In this document: in pieces, positions 1 to 9,918 of the stretch | Layout: each line of letters opens with the position of its first letter | Numbering within the stretch: position 1 is the first letter of the stretch | Source of the DNA: Elusimicrobiota bacterium | Lineage (GTDB): Bacteria > Elusimicrobiota > Elusimicrobia > UBA1565 > UBA9628 | Assembly (NCBI GenBank): GCA_027319565.1 | Contig: DAHVNA010000005.1 | Span: 8,759 to 72,758 of the forward strand | DNA: 64,000 bases | Reading direction: 5' to 3' | Made by a program: the position numbers and the translations under genes | Notes under the pieces: model-generated | What the model was told of the DNA's origin: nothing | Database searches by the model: none | The model's input: the letters and a program-made list of their open reading frames with translations, nothing else

Positions 1-492
1 TAACAGGGTATCCACATTCTTGCGCATCTCTTGAATTCCCTGCTCCGCGATATTGGCGCGATTGAGTTTTTCAAAAGCGAAGGGCCTGGTGACGACTCCC
101 ACGGTTAAAGCGCCTAAATCGCGGGCAATTTGAGAAACCAAGGGGGCGCCGCCGGTTCCCGTTCCGCCCCCCATCCCCGCAGTAATGAAAACCAAATCCG
201 ACCCCTTGAGGATTTCGCGAATCTGTTCGGCGCTCTCTTCCATTGCCGCGCGCCCGCGCGCGGAATCTCCGCCAACCCCAAGGCCTTTAGTGAGTTTTTC
301 CCCAATCTGAACGCGAATATGCGCCAAACTTCTTCTGAGGTCTTGGGCGTCGGAATTGGCCGCGATCAGTTCAACCGCCTTAATTCCAGCTTCCGCCATC
401 CGGTTAATCGCGTTTCCACCGGCTCCGCCGACTCCAATGGCCTTGATGACGGCGCGGGTTTCATGCACGTCTTCTAAAACCTGGATTTTCAT
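1..492 (-). CDS. ftsZ: Cell division protein FtsZ (N-terminal part; continues past the window start)
   Basis: Not in the ORF track. My translation from ATG at 492 gives [32 protein letters not shown]...[16 protein letters not shown]...VVTRPFAFE, with the tubulin/FtsZ signature; it follows ftsA. Confidence 0.97.
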   Translation of the reverse strand, partial: MKIQVLEDVHETRAVIKAIGVGGAGGNAINRMAEAGIKAVELIAANSDAQDLRRSLAHIRVQIGEKLTKGLGVGGDSARGRAAMEESAEQIREILKGSDLVFITAGMGGGTGTGGAPLVSQIARDLGALTVGVVTRPFAFEKLNRANIAEQGIQEMRKNVDTLL

Positions 493-495
493 CTT

Positions 496-1737
496 TTAAA
501 AAAGCTCCTGAAAGACCGAAGTCATATTTTTAAGCCACGCCGGCTTTTTGCTGGGCATTATGCGGCGATTCGGGGAAGCGATGGAAAGCGGGAGAGAGTT
601 GGCTAAAAGCCCCAGCGCGGTCGAATACGCCGGAGACGCCCAGATTGAATCGACCGCGAACATCTCCGGATGAGCCACCGCCACGCGAGCGGGAATACCC
701 AGAATTTGGTTTGCCGCATCGCTCATGCCCCGCATTAGAGCTCCCCCTCCCGCTAAAATGACTCCGCCAGGTCCGACGACATCGGCATATGAGGAGCCTC
801 GGATATCTTCTTCAATTAAGGTCAAAATTTCTTCTACGCGCGGAAGAACGATGCCCATGACCGCGCTCACCTTGATTTTGCCCGGGGTGCGGCCATCAAC
901 CCCATTAAATTCCAATTCCTCGTCTTCTCCCAAAAAAGATGGATGGGCAAACCCATGCTCGACTTTGAGACGTTCCGCCGTCGCTAAAGAGGTGCGAAGC
1001 CCCACCGCCAAGTCTCGAGTGATGAAATCAGATCCAACGGGGAGCTCTTTGGAATAGCGAATGCTCCCCTCGGAGTATATTCCAATCGAAACCGATTGTC
1101 CGCCAATGTCGACAAAAAGAGCCCCCAACTCTTTTTCCTCGGGCGTCACCAAGACGTCTCCCGCGGCCAACAAACCGTAAACCGTTTCCTTGGCCTCAAA
1201 GCCCGCTTGGGCCACCGCTTTCGCCAAATTATTTAAGTGCGCCGAAGAAGCGGTGACGATGTGGACCTCGACTTCCAGCAAAGAGCCTTCCATTCCCACC
1301 GGATCCGGAACGCCTCTTTGGCGGTCCAAAGTGTATGACTGAGGCATCACGTGCAAAATCTCTCGATCGGAAGAAAGGGGAAGGGCCTTGGCATTGGCGA
1401 TGACGCCCTCGACATCCTCGGGAGTAATTTCCTTATCGGTCCGGGCAATATTAAAGGCGCCTCGGTTATTAAAAGATTGCAAATGGCTGCCGCGAATACC
1501 GACGACGAGTTCTTTGACCTCGCAATGGGAATCTTTTTCCGCCCGTTCAACCGCGTCCCGAATGGAGCGAGCCGTCTCTTGAATATTAATGACCACTCCG
1601 CCTTTAAGCCCGCGACAAGGGACGCTAGCCCCCCCAATGACCCGCACCAAACCCTGCCCTTCTCCGCGCTCGCCAATCAAGCAAGTAATGCGGCTACTCC
1701 CGATATCGAGCCCCGCCAACACATTTTCCGTAGACAT
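496..1737 (-). CDS. ftsA: Cell division protein FtsA
   Basis: Actin-like motifs GLDIGS, DIGG and LAGGGA; lies between ftsQ and ftsZ. Confidence 0.97.
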   Translation of the reverse strand: MSTENVLAGLDIGSSRITCLIGERGEGQGLVRVIGGASVPCRGLKGGVVINIQETARSIRDAVERAEKDSHCEVKELVVGIRGSHLQSFNNRGAFNIARTDKEITPEDVEGVIANAKALPLSSDREILHVMPQSYTLDRQRGVPDPVGMEGSLLEVEVHIVTASSAHLNNLAKAVAQAGFEAKETVYGLLAAGDVLVTPEEKELGALFVDIGGQSVSIGIYSEGSIRYSKELPVGSDFITRDLAVGLRTSLATAERLKVEHGFAHPSFLGEDEELEFNGVDGRTPGKIKVSAVMGIVLPRVEEILTLIEEDIRGSSYADVVGPGGVILAGGGALMRGMSDAANQILGIPARVAVAHPEMFAVDSIWASPAYSTALGLLANSLPLSIASPNRRIMPSKKPAWLKNMTSVFQELF

Positions 1738-1745
1738 CTGACCCC

Positions 1746-2546
1746 CTACAAAGTTTTAGCCGTATCCGGCTTGACAAAAATTTTTCCGCTGGAAAAAGAA
1801 CGCATATCAACGAAGAAATTGCCTTTAACATAGGTCTTAGCGTCCGCCATAACGGCGTTGAGCCTCTTAAGCTTATCCTCCGTCCACTTAAGATCTCCCC
1901 AATCAACTCGGGTTCCGTCATTTAAAGTCAAGAGCCATCCATTGACCAAAGACTGATAGCGCAGACTTTCAATCGGAGACGAAAGCGGCAAAGACGAAAT
2001 CTTTTTAAGAAAAGCGGCTATCTGAGCCAAGGCCTTAGGATCCATTTTCGCGTCTAAAATTTTGGGAACAGGATTTTGATACAACTCCTGCGGGGCTTTA
2101 AAAAGTTTCCCCTGTTTATCCAGAAAGCTTGAATTGCCATCCTTCATAACGACGGCGATCGCTTGGCGTAAAACAACATGATAAATTAAGCTTTGAGAAA
2201 AAAAATCTCGCCGGAGATGAACCGATTCCAAAAAGGGAAAATGCGCCAAGATATCCGAGCTTTTATTTTTCCAAGAATGGACGCTTTGGGATTTAAGAAA
2301 AGAAAGAATTTCAGGTTTTAAAGATTCAGGCGCGCCCTCAACCGCCACTGTTTTGGGGGCGGGAATTGACCCGGAAATCGAGTTTTCGATCAAGAAAGCG
2401 GATTTTTTTAAGCGCGACCAACTTAAAACCAGAGAAGTCCCCAGGACAAACATCGCAAGCACGAACAGAATCTTGCGCTTTCGCGCCTTCCGCTCTTGCG
2501 GCCTTAAAGCCACCTTGAGATTTCTATGCGAAACAGAGCCTTTCAT
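1746..2546 (-). CDS. ftsQ: Cell division protein FtsQ/DivIB (divergent)
   Basis: Basic N-terminus, one TM helix, C-terminal VDMR motif; lies between murB and ftsA. Confidence 0.8.
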   Translation of the reverse strand: MKGSVSHRNLKVALRPQERKARKRKILFVLAMFVLGTSLVLSWSRLKKSAFLIENSISGSIPAPKTVAVEGAPESLKPEILSFLKSQSVHSWKNKSSDILAHFPFLESVHLRRDFFSQSLIYHVVLRQAIAVVMKDGNSSFLDKQGKLFKAPQELYQNPVPKILDAKMDPKALAQIAAFLKKISSLPLSSPIESLRYQSLVNGWLLTLNDGTRVDWGDLKWTEDKLKRLNAVMADAKTYVKGNFFVDMRSFSSGKIFVKPDTAKTL

Positions 2547-3451
2547 AACGAGCGCCCAACGACCTTGATTTCAAGCTCAAGACTCACCCCCGCCTCCGCC
2601 TTGATTTTTTGCTGTATTTTTTCGATCAGATCCAGCACATCCGAGGCCTTGGCGTTGTTAAAATTTTCAATAAAATTGGCATGGACAGGGGAGACGCGTG
2701 CGCCGCCCGAGGATATTCCCTTAAGCCCGGCTTTTTCAATTAACTCCGCGGCAAAAAAACCATTGGGGTTTTTAAAAATAGAACCAATATTAAAGGTATG
2801 CACGGGCTGAGTTTTTAAGCGTTTTTCTTGATGAACCGCAACGCGCTTCATTATATCAACTTTCTCGCCTTCTCTCAATCGCAAAAGAGCCGATAAAACC
2901 ACGCGTCCCGAAAGCCCGCTTGAGCGGTAAGAGAAATTGACTCGGGATGAATCAATGAACTCCGATTTAAAAGAGCGCGGATCGAAAATCTCGATATCCT
3001 GAATTAAAGCGCCAATTTCAAGATCGCGCGTTCCGGCATTCATCATCACGGCTCCGCCCAAGGTGCCGGGAATGCCAACCAATGGCTCCGCTCCCCCTAA
3101 ACCGTGATTGGCCGCGACGGAAATAAACTGGGGAATTCGCACGCCGGCCCCAACGCGGACAAGGCCTTTTTCCAAGAAATCGATCTTTTCAAAGTCGCCT
3201 TTGAGAACAGCCACCACCCCCGCGATTCCACCATCCAGGATCAGCAAATTAGAGCCCCAACCCATGAAAAAAACGGGAATATCCACCTGCCGGCTAAAGC
3301 GCATTAAGGTTTCCAGCTCAAGGCGATTATTGATTTCAAGGTAAGCCTCAGAGGGCCCGCCAATCTTAAAAGTCGTGTAGCGCGCCAATGGTTCCCCGAA
3401 GCGCGCTTGAGGGAAAATCTTTTTCAGAGCTTCTTTCCAATCCGCTTGCAT
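2543..3451 (-). CDS. murB: UDP-N-acetylenolpyruvoylglucosamine reductase
   Basis: Motifs TTFKIGG, GSNLL, GIPGTLGGAVMMNAG, GSIFKNP, HANFIEN. Start is ATG 3451 or TTG 3469. Confidence 0.96.
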   Translation of the reverse strand: MQADWKEALKKIFPQARFGEPLARYTTFKIGGPSEAYLEINNRLELETLMRFSRQVDIPVFFMGWGSNLLILDGGIAGVVAVLKGDFEKIDFLEKGLVRVGAGVRIPQFISVAANHGLGGAEPLVGIPGTLGGAVMMNAGTRDLEIGALIQDIEIFDPRSFKSEFIDSSRVNFSYRSSGLSGRVVLSALLRLREGEKVDIMKRVAVHQEKRLKTQPVHTFNIGSIFKNPNGFFAAELIEKAGLKGISSGGARVSPVHANFIENFNNAKASDVLDLIEKIQQKIKAEAGVSLELEIKVVGRSL

Positions 3452-3639
3452 TAAATACAAGCTTAACAAATGGGCCTCTTGTAATTCTATAGACGGAAAT
3501 CAAAAAAAGGCAACGTCCCAATCACTACTCAGCTTATCCAGACAATTAAATAGACTGCTTAATATGTATATTAGGAGAAAGGGCGAATCCTTTTTGAGAT
3601 TTATTAATCTAAAGGATAGAAGGGCCTTGGAGGCGCAAC

Positions 3640-5169
3640 ATGAATCAGAAAAAAAATTCGGGCTTTTATTTGAGGGGGGCTCTATTCTCAGTTTCCCTTT
3701 TTGTTTTTCCGCGCATTTTGACGGCCGCGACCTGGATGGTTCCCGTCGCGCCTCAGGGGCCTTTTGACCGGGTTTACTATCCGCAAAATGCGCCGGTGGG
3801 TTCCGACTTAAGTGTCGGGCCGCTTGAATGGACGCAAATGAATCTCGGGGCCGATCACAATGCGGACGTTCCTCTATTAGGGCAAATGCCGCCGTGGTCT
3901 AAAAATGGAGTTTCTTGGAGATTTGCGGAAGCTCGGGCTTGGCCTTTGGAAAACAAAGATCCATTCGGAACCCATATCTACGGCGAAGTTGAGGCGGGCG
4001 CGGTTCAAACTCAGTTTTACGGAAACGCTCTTGGAGTTTCCGTTGTTGATGGAATCCTCTATGCCGAAAGCGATGATATGTTTGCCTACGCCTTAAACAT
4101 GAAAACGGGGCAGTTGATCTGGCGCACGAGTCCGGTGGGAAATCATTTAATGGGAAATCCCATTGTTAAAGGCCGTTTTGTTTATTTGTCGGCGGGTGGA
4201 GTGGGATTTAATTTCGCAAACGTCGTCAAATACGCAAAAACCCCTTACAAAGCCGTTCGAGGAATGGATTTTAGTTATAACGGAATCTATGCTTTGGATC
4301 GCTTGACCGGCCGTCTTATTTGGCGACATTCAAGCGTGGGCGAAGCCATGCCAACTCCCGCCGTCCATGGAGATGTTCTTTATTTCGCGACCGGAAGCGG
4401 CTCTGTCCATGCCGTTAACCGCCACACCGGCCAAACAATATGGACGACTCACTTAACGGGAAGCGACAATATGTCGAGTCCCGCCTACTATCAAGGCAAA
4501 CTTTATCTTGCTCTCGCCATTAAACCGCGCCTTTATTGTCTTGACGCCAAGACCGGAAAGGTTTTATGGAAAAACACGCTTCCCGGCGCGGCCAATACCG
4601 GAATGGGAGACGTCTCTCCGGCTGTTTCAAACGGCGTCGTCATTATGGACGCAGTCACTCATCCCAAAATCGTAAGAGGTAAAACGACGCTAGATCCAGT
4701 GATTCGGGCTTTTGATTCTGATTCCGGCGCGCCGCTTTGGACCGCGTCCATGGGACGAGGCCCCAAACCTCCGGCTTTTAAAGGCGGGGTTCCCATGATT
4801 TATGGAGGAGTGGTTTATGTCGGTTCGCCAGTCAACGGAGCTTATCAGGCGCGCGATTTAAAAACCGGAAAACTGTTGTGGAAATGGAATAAAATTTCTT
4901 CGGCCAGAAGCGCGCCTACCATGGATGACAACATCCTTTATATCGCCGGCGCGGAAAGCGTTTATGCGCTCAATCCGCGAACTGGGAAAGAAATAGGACA
5001 CATCAAGATCGGCGGAAGAATGGGAATTGTGAGCCCGACAATCGTTGGGGGGACAATTTATTTGTCCAATACCTGGGATTGGATTGTCGCGACTCCAAAA
5101 CAAGATGTTTTAACCTCCAATCAAGAGAAACAGAAACAAACGCAGCCAGCCCAACAGAAAAACAATTAG
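3640..5169 (+). CDS. tetH: Secreted PQQ-like beta-propeller, tetrathionate hydrolase (TetH/Tth) homolog
   Basis: GGAGG SD, Sec signal and beta-propeller W-repeats. Blocks VSWRFAEARAWPL, QTQFYGNALG, YAESDDMFAYA, SPVGNHLMGNP, NTGMGDVSP, PAFKGGVPMI and NTWDWI match Acidithiobacillus Tth as I recall it. Confidence 0.8.
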   Translation: MNQKKNSGFYLRGALFSVSLFVFPRILTAATWMVPVAPQGPFDRVYYPQNAPVGSDLSVGPLEWTQMNLGADHNADVPLLGQMPPWSKNGVSWRFAEARAWPLENKDPFGTHIYGEVEAGAVQTQFYGNALGVSVVDGILYAESDDMFAYALNMKTGQLIWRTSPVGNHLMGNPIVKGRFVYLSAGGVGFNFANVVKYAKTPYKAVRGMDFSYNGIYALDRLTGRLIWRHSSVGEAMPTPAVHGDVLYFATGSGSVHAVNRHTGQTIWTTHLTGSDNMSSPAYYQGKLYLALAIKPRLYCLDAKTGKVLWKNTLPGAANTGMGDVSPAVSNGVVIMDAVTHPKIVRGKTTLDPVIRAFDSDSGAPLWTASMGRGPKPPAFKGGVPMIYGGVVYVGSPVNGAYQARDLKTGKLLWKWNKISSARSAPTMDDNILYIAGAESVYALNPRTGKEIGHIKIGGRMGIVSPTIVGGTIYLSNTWDWIVATPKQDVLTSNQEKQKQTQPAQQKNN

Positions 5170-5181
5170 AAGGAAATCGCC

Positions 5182-6027
5182 CTAGTGGATTTGAAAGCGA
5201 TGGGAATAAGTAAAGGAATAGACATTATTCTTTTCCCCACTCCCCACTTCTGTTGCCCAGGCGGGGATATAGGTGAGAGTAAAATTAAGGGGACGATAGA
5301 CCACAGAAATTCCGCCGCCGGCGGCGGTGTTGTCAGCGGAACTGGGCAGTAAAGCGCTTCCCGAGCTTGTCGCTTGACTTGTTTGAGCCGTGGGCGTTCC
5401 GCTGACGATATAACCAAAAAGAATCCATCTTAAAAATCCGGTGTTAAACTGCGGGGCAATTCCGGCGTCATATGAAAATCCCTGGGCATTATAAATATTT
5501 CCAATCCCGGAATCATTTTCCATGAGATTGCGATATCCCATTCCCACCAGAATCGGCAGTCTAAAATTATTTCCCGAAAACGGATCAAAAACGATGTCGG
5601 CATTGGCGAGAGAACCGTTCGAAGTGGCCTTATCACCGCTAAAGTCCGTGCCTGATAAATGCCCGTATCCCGCCATGACGCCGATGCCCCAGTGATCGGT
5701 AAGGCTGTAAATTGCGGAAGTTCCAATTCCTTCGCCATTCATCTTCCAGGTTGAATTAGGCGTTGCTGGACAGGAACCCGAACAACTTTCAGAAAGAGCA
5801 TATTGATCATAGCCTGGGGAAACGGAAACATCCAACGCCCCGGAAGAAAGCGGCTTGGTGGGAAGAGAAGAAGCCATCAGGTATCCCATCATTTCCTTAA
5901 TATCCGAAGCGGCGACCGGCGATTGAAAACAAAAAACAATCGCGGCACACAAAATAATTTTCTCAAACAAGTTCAGATGCCAGCGACAAGAGTTCTGTTC
6001 CCCGAGATTTTTCAAGGTATACTCCAT
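5182..6027 (-). CDS. Hypothetical exported protein, probable outer-membrane beta-barrel
   Basis: Signal-like segment, Gly/aromatic alternating strands, aromatic C-terminus. Start uncertain (6027 or 6084). Confidence 0.55.
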   Translation of the reverse strand: MEYTLKNLGEQNSCRWHLNLFEKIILCAAIVFCFQSPVAASDIKEMMGYLMASSLPTKPLSSGALDVSVSPGYDQYALSESCSGSCPATPNSTWKMNGEGIGTSAIYSLTDHWGIGVMAGYGHLSGTDFSGDKATSNGSLANADIVFDPFSGNNFRLPILVGMGYRNLMENDSGIGNIYNAQGFSYDAGIAPQFNTGFLRWILFGYIVSGTPTAQTSQATSSGSALLPSSADNTAAGGGISVVYRPLNFTLTYIPAWATEVGSGEKNNVYSFTYSHRFQIH

Positions 6028-6102
6028 TGACAAATAATATAGAAGAATCCTCTCCCCCTTGCAAGAGAGCTCCAACGCATCCACAAAGCCCCCGAAAAAA
6101 AT

Positions 6103-6169
6103 AGGTCCTTTGACCCAAAGCCATCTGGGCCTTTTGGCCCTGTTGGACTTTTAAAAATTATCTTACACT
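6103..6169 (+). promoter_or_regulatory. Paired palindromic operator-like sites plus -10 box (TACACT 6164-6169)
   Basis: AGGTCCTTTGACCC (6103-6116) and GGGCCTTTTGGCCC (6127-6140); the same layout recurs at 20611-20676. Confidence 0.6.
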
Positions 6170-6176
6170 CAAACAG

Positions 6177-9100
6177 ATGAGAAAAATAATCGCTCTGCTT
6201 ATCACCGCCACTCTCTGCGCGCCTGGTCCTCTTTTCGCTGAAAGTTTAGAAACTTCTTTTCAAGCGGAAACTCCCGCCCAAGTTCTTAGCCTTACGCAAT
6301 CTCCTCTTAATATAGAATCCGCGAGTACAATTCCCGCCGATAATTTAAGCCCGGTCGGTTTTGAAAACGGAGAATCTCTCTCAGAAACGCCTCTTCAACG
6401 AATGCATTCTCCCAAAACGCTCAATCGGGTGAGAATTCTTGAACTTAAGCCCGAGACGCCCGCGCTAAAAGAAAAAGCGAGTCCGGTTCAAAAAATAAAA
6501 GGGCGCATCTCTAAAACCATCCAATACGCGAAAAAATCAATCAAGGTTAATCGCCAAAACCTCGCGGGAAATCTCTCTCAATTTTTCGATCGCTCGGCGC
6601 ATTTTTCAAACTACAAAGACTCTCCCGTCATCACCCCCTCTGGAAAAGAAACTCGGTCTTTAAAACCTTGGCAGAAGGCGGGAACTCTAGCAACGGCGAC
6701 TGCGTCTCTGACCAAAGTTCAAAGCGCCATCGCAAGTCCTCTCGCGACTCCGCAAAACGCGCCGGTTCAACACTCTCTTTTAACTTCCCTTTTTAGCGCC
6801 AGCGGACTCACTCATCTGGTTCTCACCGCCGCTGCGGTTGTCTTTACTTATTGGGTTTGGAAAAAATTTGGATCCAACTTGCGCCAAAAAATTTCTGATT
6901 GGAAAAATAACAGAAGCAAAAGCTGGAAAGAAAGCGCTCGAAAACAAAAAGAGGAAAATGCGCCCGTTTCCTCTATTACCTTCGCCGATGTCGCCGGGCA
7001 AGACAAAGCCGTCAGCGAGGTCAGAAAAATCATTTCCGCCTTTGAGTCTCCCTCTAAATATAAAAGCGTGAACGCCCGTTTTAAGCCTCGAAACGCCTTC
7101 CTGCTCGTTGGCCCGCCGGGAACGGGAAAAACCCTCTTAGCCGAGGCTGTGGCCGGAGAACTTAAACTCGACAAGAGTTCTTTTTTCAAAACCGACGGTT
7201 CTTCGTTTATGAACAAATTTGTCGGAGTCGGCCCCGATGCCGTTCGCAAATTTTTTGAGAAAGCGCGAGAACAAAGCAAAAAATCGGGGAAGCCTTCCCT
7301 GATATTTATCGATGAAATCGATGGATTCGGAAACCGCGGCGGAAACGCCGACAGCGGAGCCGACCACGAAAAACAAATGACCATCGGCGCTCTTCTAACT
7401 GAAATGAACAACCTCTCGGGACCGGACTATAACGTTCTGGTCATCGGCGCCACCAACGAATTCGGAAAACTCGACAAAGCTCTTAAGCGCTCGGGCCGGT
7501 TTGGAACGCATATCGCGCTTGAAAATCCCGATCTTCAAGGACGCGAGAGCATCTTGCGCCTCCACACGAAAGAGGCGCGCTTATCCTCGGATGTCGATCT
7601 CCATAAAATCGCGGAAAAGATAACGGGCTTTTCGGGAGCCGACATCGAAGCGGTCGCCCAAAGGGCGACTGAAATCGCCGTTGAAGACAATCAAGCCGAC
7701 TTTATTTCTCAAGCCGATTTTGAAAAAGCGGTCGAAGGCATCAAAGAAAACATCAATCAAAAGGCCAAAGCCGTCGATAGCTCCAACAACTCCTCTACGA
7801 TATCCGTTCAATTTGAGGACCCCGAAACCATGACGACCGGATTTTCCCAGATCGCCGGACAAGACGAGGCTAAAGCGGAAGTCGCGGAACTCGTCGAGCA
7901 AGTCAAAAATCGGTCGCGCTATCTTGAGATTAACCCGCAATTCCGCCCGCTGCGCGGAGCTCTATTATTTGGACCTCCGGGAACGGGAAAAACCTTGATG
8001 GCCCGGGCGATCGCGAAAGAATCCGGAGCCCTTTTCTTTAAAGTAGACGGAACCGAATTTCTCAAAAAGTTCGTAGGCGAAGGCCCCCAGGCGGTGCGGG
8101 ATATTTTCGAGGCCGCGTCCTATGAATCTAAAAGAGAGAAAAAGCCGGCCATCATATTCATCGATGAAATTGACGCCATCGGCCGCGCCCGAGGTTCGGA
8201 TCTAAACGGAAGCCAAGACGCCCTGGTCAACCAGCTTTTAACCGCCATTGACGGATTTAAAACCGAAAATAATGTCACCGTCATCGGGGCGACCAATAAG
8301 CCGGAATCTCTCGACCCCGCTTTAACTCGCGGCGGCCGGCTTGAACTTCAAATTCCCATCGGGCTTCCCGATGTCTTGGGGAGAGAAGGAATTCTCAAGG
8401 TCCACACCCAGGGTATCGCGCTGGATTCCAGCGTCAACCTCAGGGAAATCGCGCAACAAACTGCGGGTTTTTCCGGAGCGGATATGGAAAGCCTGGTCAT
8501 GAAAGCGACTTCCGCCTCCATTAAACGCGGAGCCAAGGCCCTTTCCGAAACGGATTTTATTTCTTCAATCGATCGCGTCCAGCTGGGAATGGAGAGAAAA
8601 CTCGTCATGCCGGAAGATGAAAAAGAAGTCGTCGCCTATCATGAAACCGGACACGCCCTGGTCTCCCATCTTCTGCCGGACTCCGACCCCATCCGCAAAG
8701 TCACCATCGTCCCGCATGGCCTTAACGCCTTGGGGTTGATGCAAGCGGTCTCCGATGTCGAGAGAAGAATTCAAAGCCGCTCCTATCTAGTCGCCCGAAT
8801 GGCGGTCGCCTTGGGCGGAAGAGCCGGGGAAGAACTCCTAAATGAGAGAATTTACGGGAAAAAAGAAAATTTCTCCGGGGCATCCAACGATCTTGAGAAA
8901 GCGACTGAAATCGCCAGATATATGGTGATGAAATTTGGGATGTCCGACAAAATCGGGTTGGTCAGCTACGGATTTGAAAACGAGCGGCAAAATCAGAAGC
9001 CAATGAGCGAAGAAACTTCCAAGGCCATTGAAGCCGAGGTGAAATCTCTTGTAGAACAAGCCTATCATACGGCGAGAGAGACCCTTGAAAACAACTGGGA

Positions 9101-9200
9101 AACCTTTAAAGCCGCCGCGGAAGAGCTTAAGAAAAAAGAAACTCTCCGCGGGGAAGATTTCGATCGCTTAATTCCCAAGGCCCAAAACCTCAAAAAATAA
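6177..9200 (+). CDS. FtsH-like ATP-dependent Zn metalloprotease with tandem AAA+ domains
   Basis: Signal peptide and one TM. Two sets of GPPGTGKT / FIDEID / SRH motifs, then peptidase M41 (HETGH, GGRAGEE, GASND). Confidence 0.9.
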   Translation: MRKIIALLITATLCAPGPLFAESLETSFQAETPAQVLSLTQSPLNIESASTIPADNLSPVGFENGESLSETPLQRMHSPKTLNRVRILELKPETPALKEKASPVQKIKGRISKTIQYAKKSIKVNRQNLAGNLSQFFDRSAHFSNYKDSPVITPSGKETRSLKPWQKAGTLATATASLTKVQSAIASPLATPQNAPVQHSLLTSLFSASGLTHLVLTAAAVVFTYWVWKKFGSNLRQKISDWKNNRSKSWKESARKQKEENAPVSSITFADVAGQDKAVSEVRKIISAFESPSKYKSVNARFKPRNAFLLVGPPGTGKTLLAEAVAGELKLDKSSFFKTDGSSFMNKFVGVGPDAVRKFFEKAREQSKKSGKPSLIFIDEIDGFGNRGGNADSGADHEKQMTIGALLTEMNNLSGPDYNVLVIGATNEFGKLDKALKRSGRFGTHIALENPDLQGRESILRLHTKEARLSSDVDLHKIAEKITGFSGADIEAVAQRATEIAVEDNQADFISQADFEKAVEGIKENINQKAKAVDSSNNSSTISVQFEDPETMTTGFSQIAGQDEAKAEVAELVEQVKNRSRYLEINPQFRPLRGALLFGPPGTGKTLMARAIAKESGALFFKVDGTEFLKKFVGEGPQAVRDIFEAASYESKREKKPAIIFIDEIDAIGRARGSDLNGSQDALVNQLLTAIDGFKTENNVTVIGATNKPESLDPALTRGGRLELQIPIGLPDVLGREGILKVHTQGIALDSSVNLREIAQQTAGFSGADMESLVMKATSASIKRGAKALSETDFISSIDRVQLGMERKLVMPEDEKEVVAYHETGHALVSHLLPDSDPIRKVTIVPHGLNALGLMQAVSDVERRIQSRSYLVARMAVALGGRAGEELLNERIYGKKENFSGASNDLEKATEIARYMVMKFGMSDKIGLVSYGFENERQNQKPMSEETSKAIEAEVKSLVEQAYHTARETLENNWETFKAAAEELKKKETLRGEDFDRLIPKAQNLKK

Positions 9201-9243
9201 AGTTCCAGACGGTAGGGCGCTTCCCCTTTTTGTATAATAAGGC

Positions 9244-9918
9244 GTGGATCAGTCTCTTATTTTCAATTATTTAAAGCGCACGCGCATCATCGAAGCGCCC
9301 AAGTCAACCTTGGCGACCTTTGGGGCGACCCATATTGAGTATCACCTCATCTCTCCCATTGACAACCTTAAGGATAAAACGCGCTTAAGGCAAGGGGAAG
9401 TGGTCAGTTCAAAGCCCCAGATTATTACGCCTCAAAGCCTCTCCGAGAGATTTGAAGGCTTTGGCCCCGAATCGGATGAGTTCGCCAGCTGGCTTAAATC
9501 GAGCTACGGAGAATTTTTAAGAGCGCTGGAATATCAATTTCAAAACAAGGGTTTTTCAGCCCAAGTGATTTCCGAGTCTCCCAAAGAAGTGGCTACGCGA
9601 ATTCAACTCGACATTCAATCGCGAAAACTGTCCAACCAAGCCGTCATCAGCTGTCCGGACGCCGCGTGGTCCTTGGCATTGATGAAGTTTACGCTCGATG
9701 AATCGGCCCGCTCTTTTCCCGTTCATCTGCGCGACATGGAACGCCGCGGAATGTTTAACCCGGAAAAATTCCAGGAAGACCGACACCGGAGGGAAATCGA
9801 ATCTTTGTTTGAAAAAGCCGCGTCTGGAGACAAAGATATTTTGCCGGTCCTAGGAACGAAATTAAAAGATTATGGGCTTTTCCCGGAATACGAAGACCGC
9901 TACCTCAGCTTCTTTTAA
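9244..9918 (+). CDS. Conserved hypothetical protein
   Basis: 224-aa ORF with a TATAAT box 5 nt before the GTG. The LATFGAT motif resembles an uncharacterised family I recall from PVC bacteria. Confidence 0.75.
   Translation: MDQSLIFNYLKRTRIIEAPKSTLATFGATHIEYHLISPIDNLKDKTRLRQGEVVSSKPQIITPQSLSERFEGFGPESDEFASWLKSSYGEFLRALEYQFQNKGFSAQVISESPKEVATRIQLDIQSRKLSNQAVISCPDAAWSLALMKFTLDESARSFPVHLRDMERRGMFNPEKFQEDRHRREIESLFEKAASGDKDILPVLGTKLKDYGLFPEYEDRYLSFF

Noticed and set aside
3587..3617. Hairpin ATCCTTT..AGATT/AATCT..AAAGGAT upstream of tetH as a regulatory RNA
   Set aside because: AT-rich, weak and single; not enough evidence for function.
3640..5169. BamB or PQQ dehydrogenase
   Set aside because: No lipobox and no bam/der context; the specific motif blocks fit tetrathionate hydrolase better.
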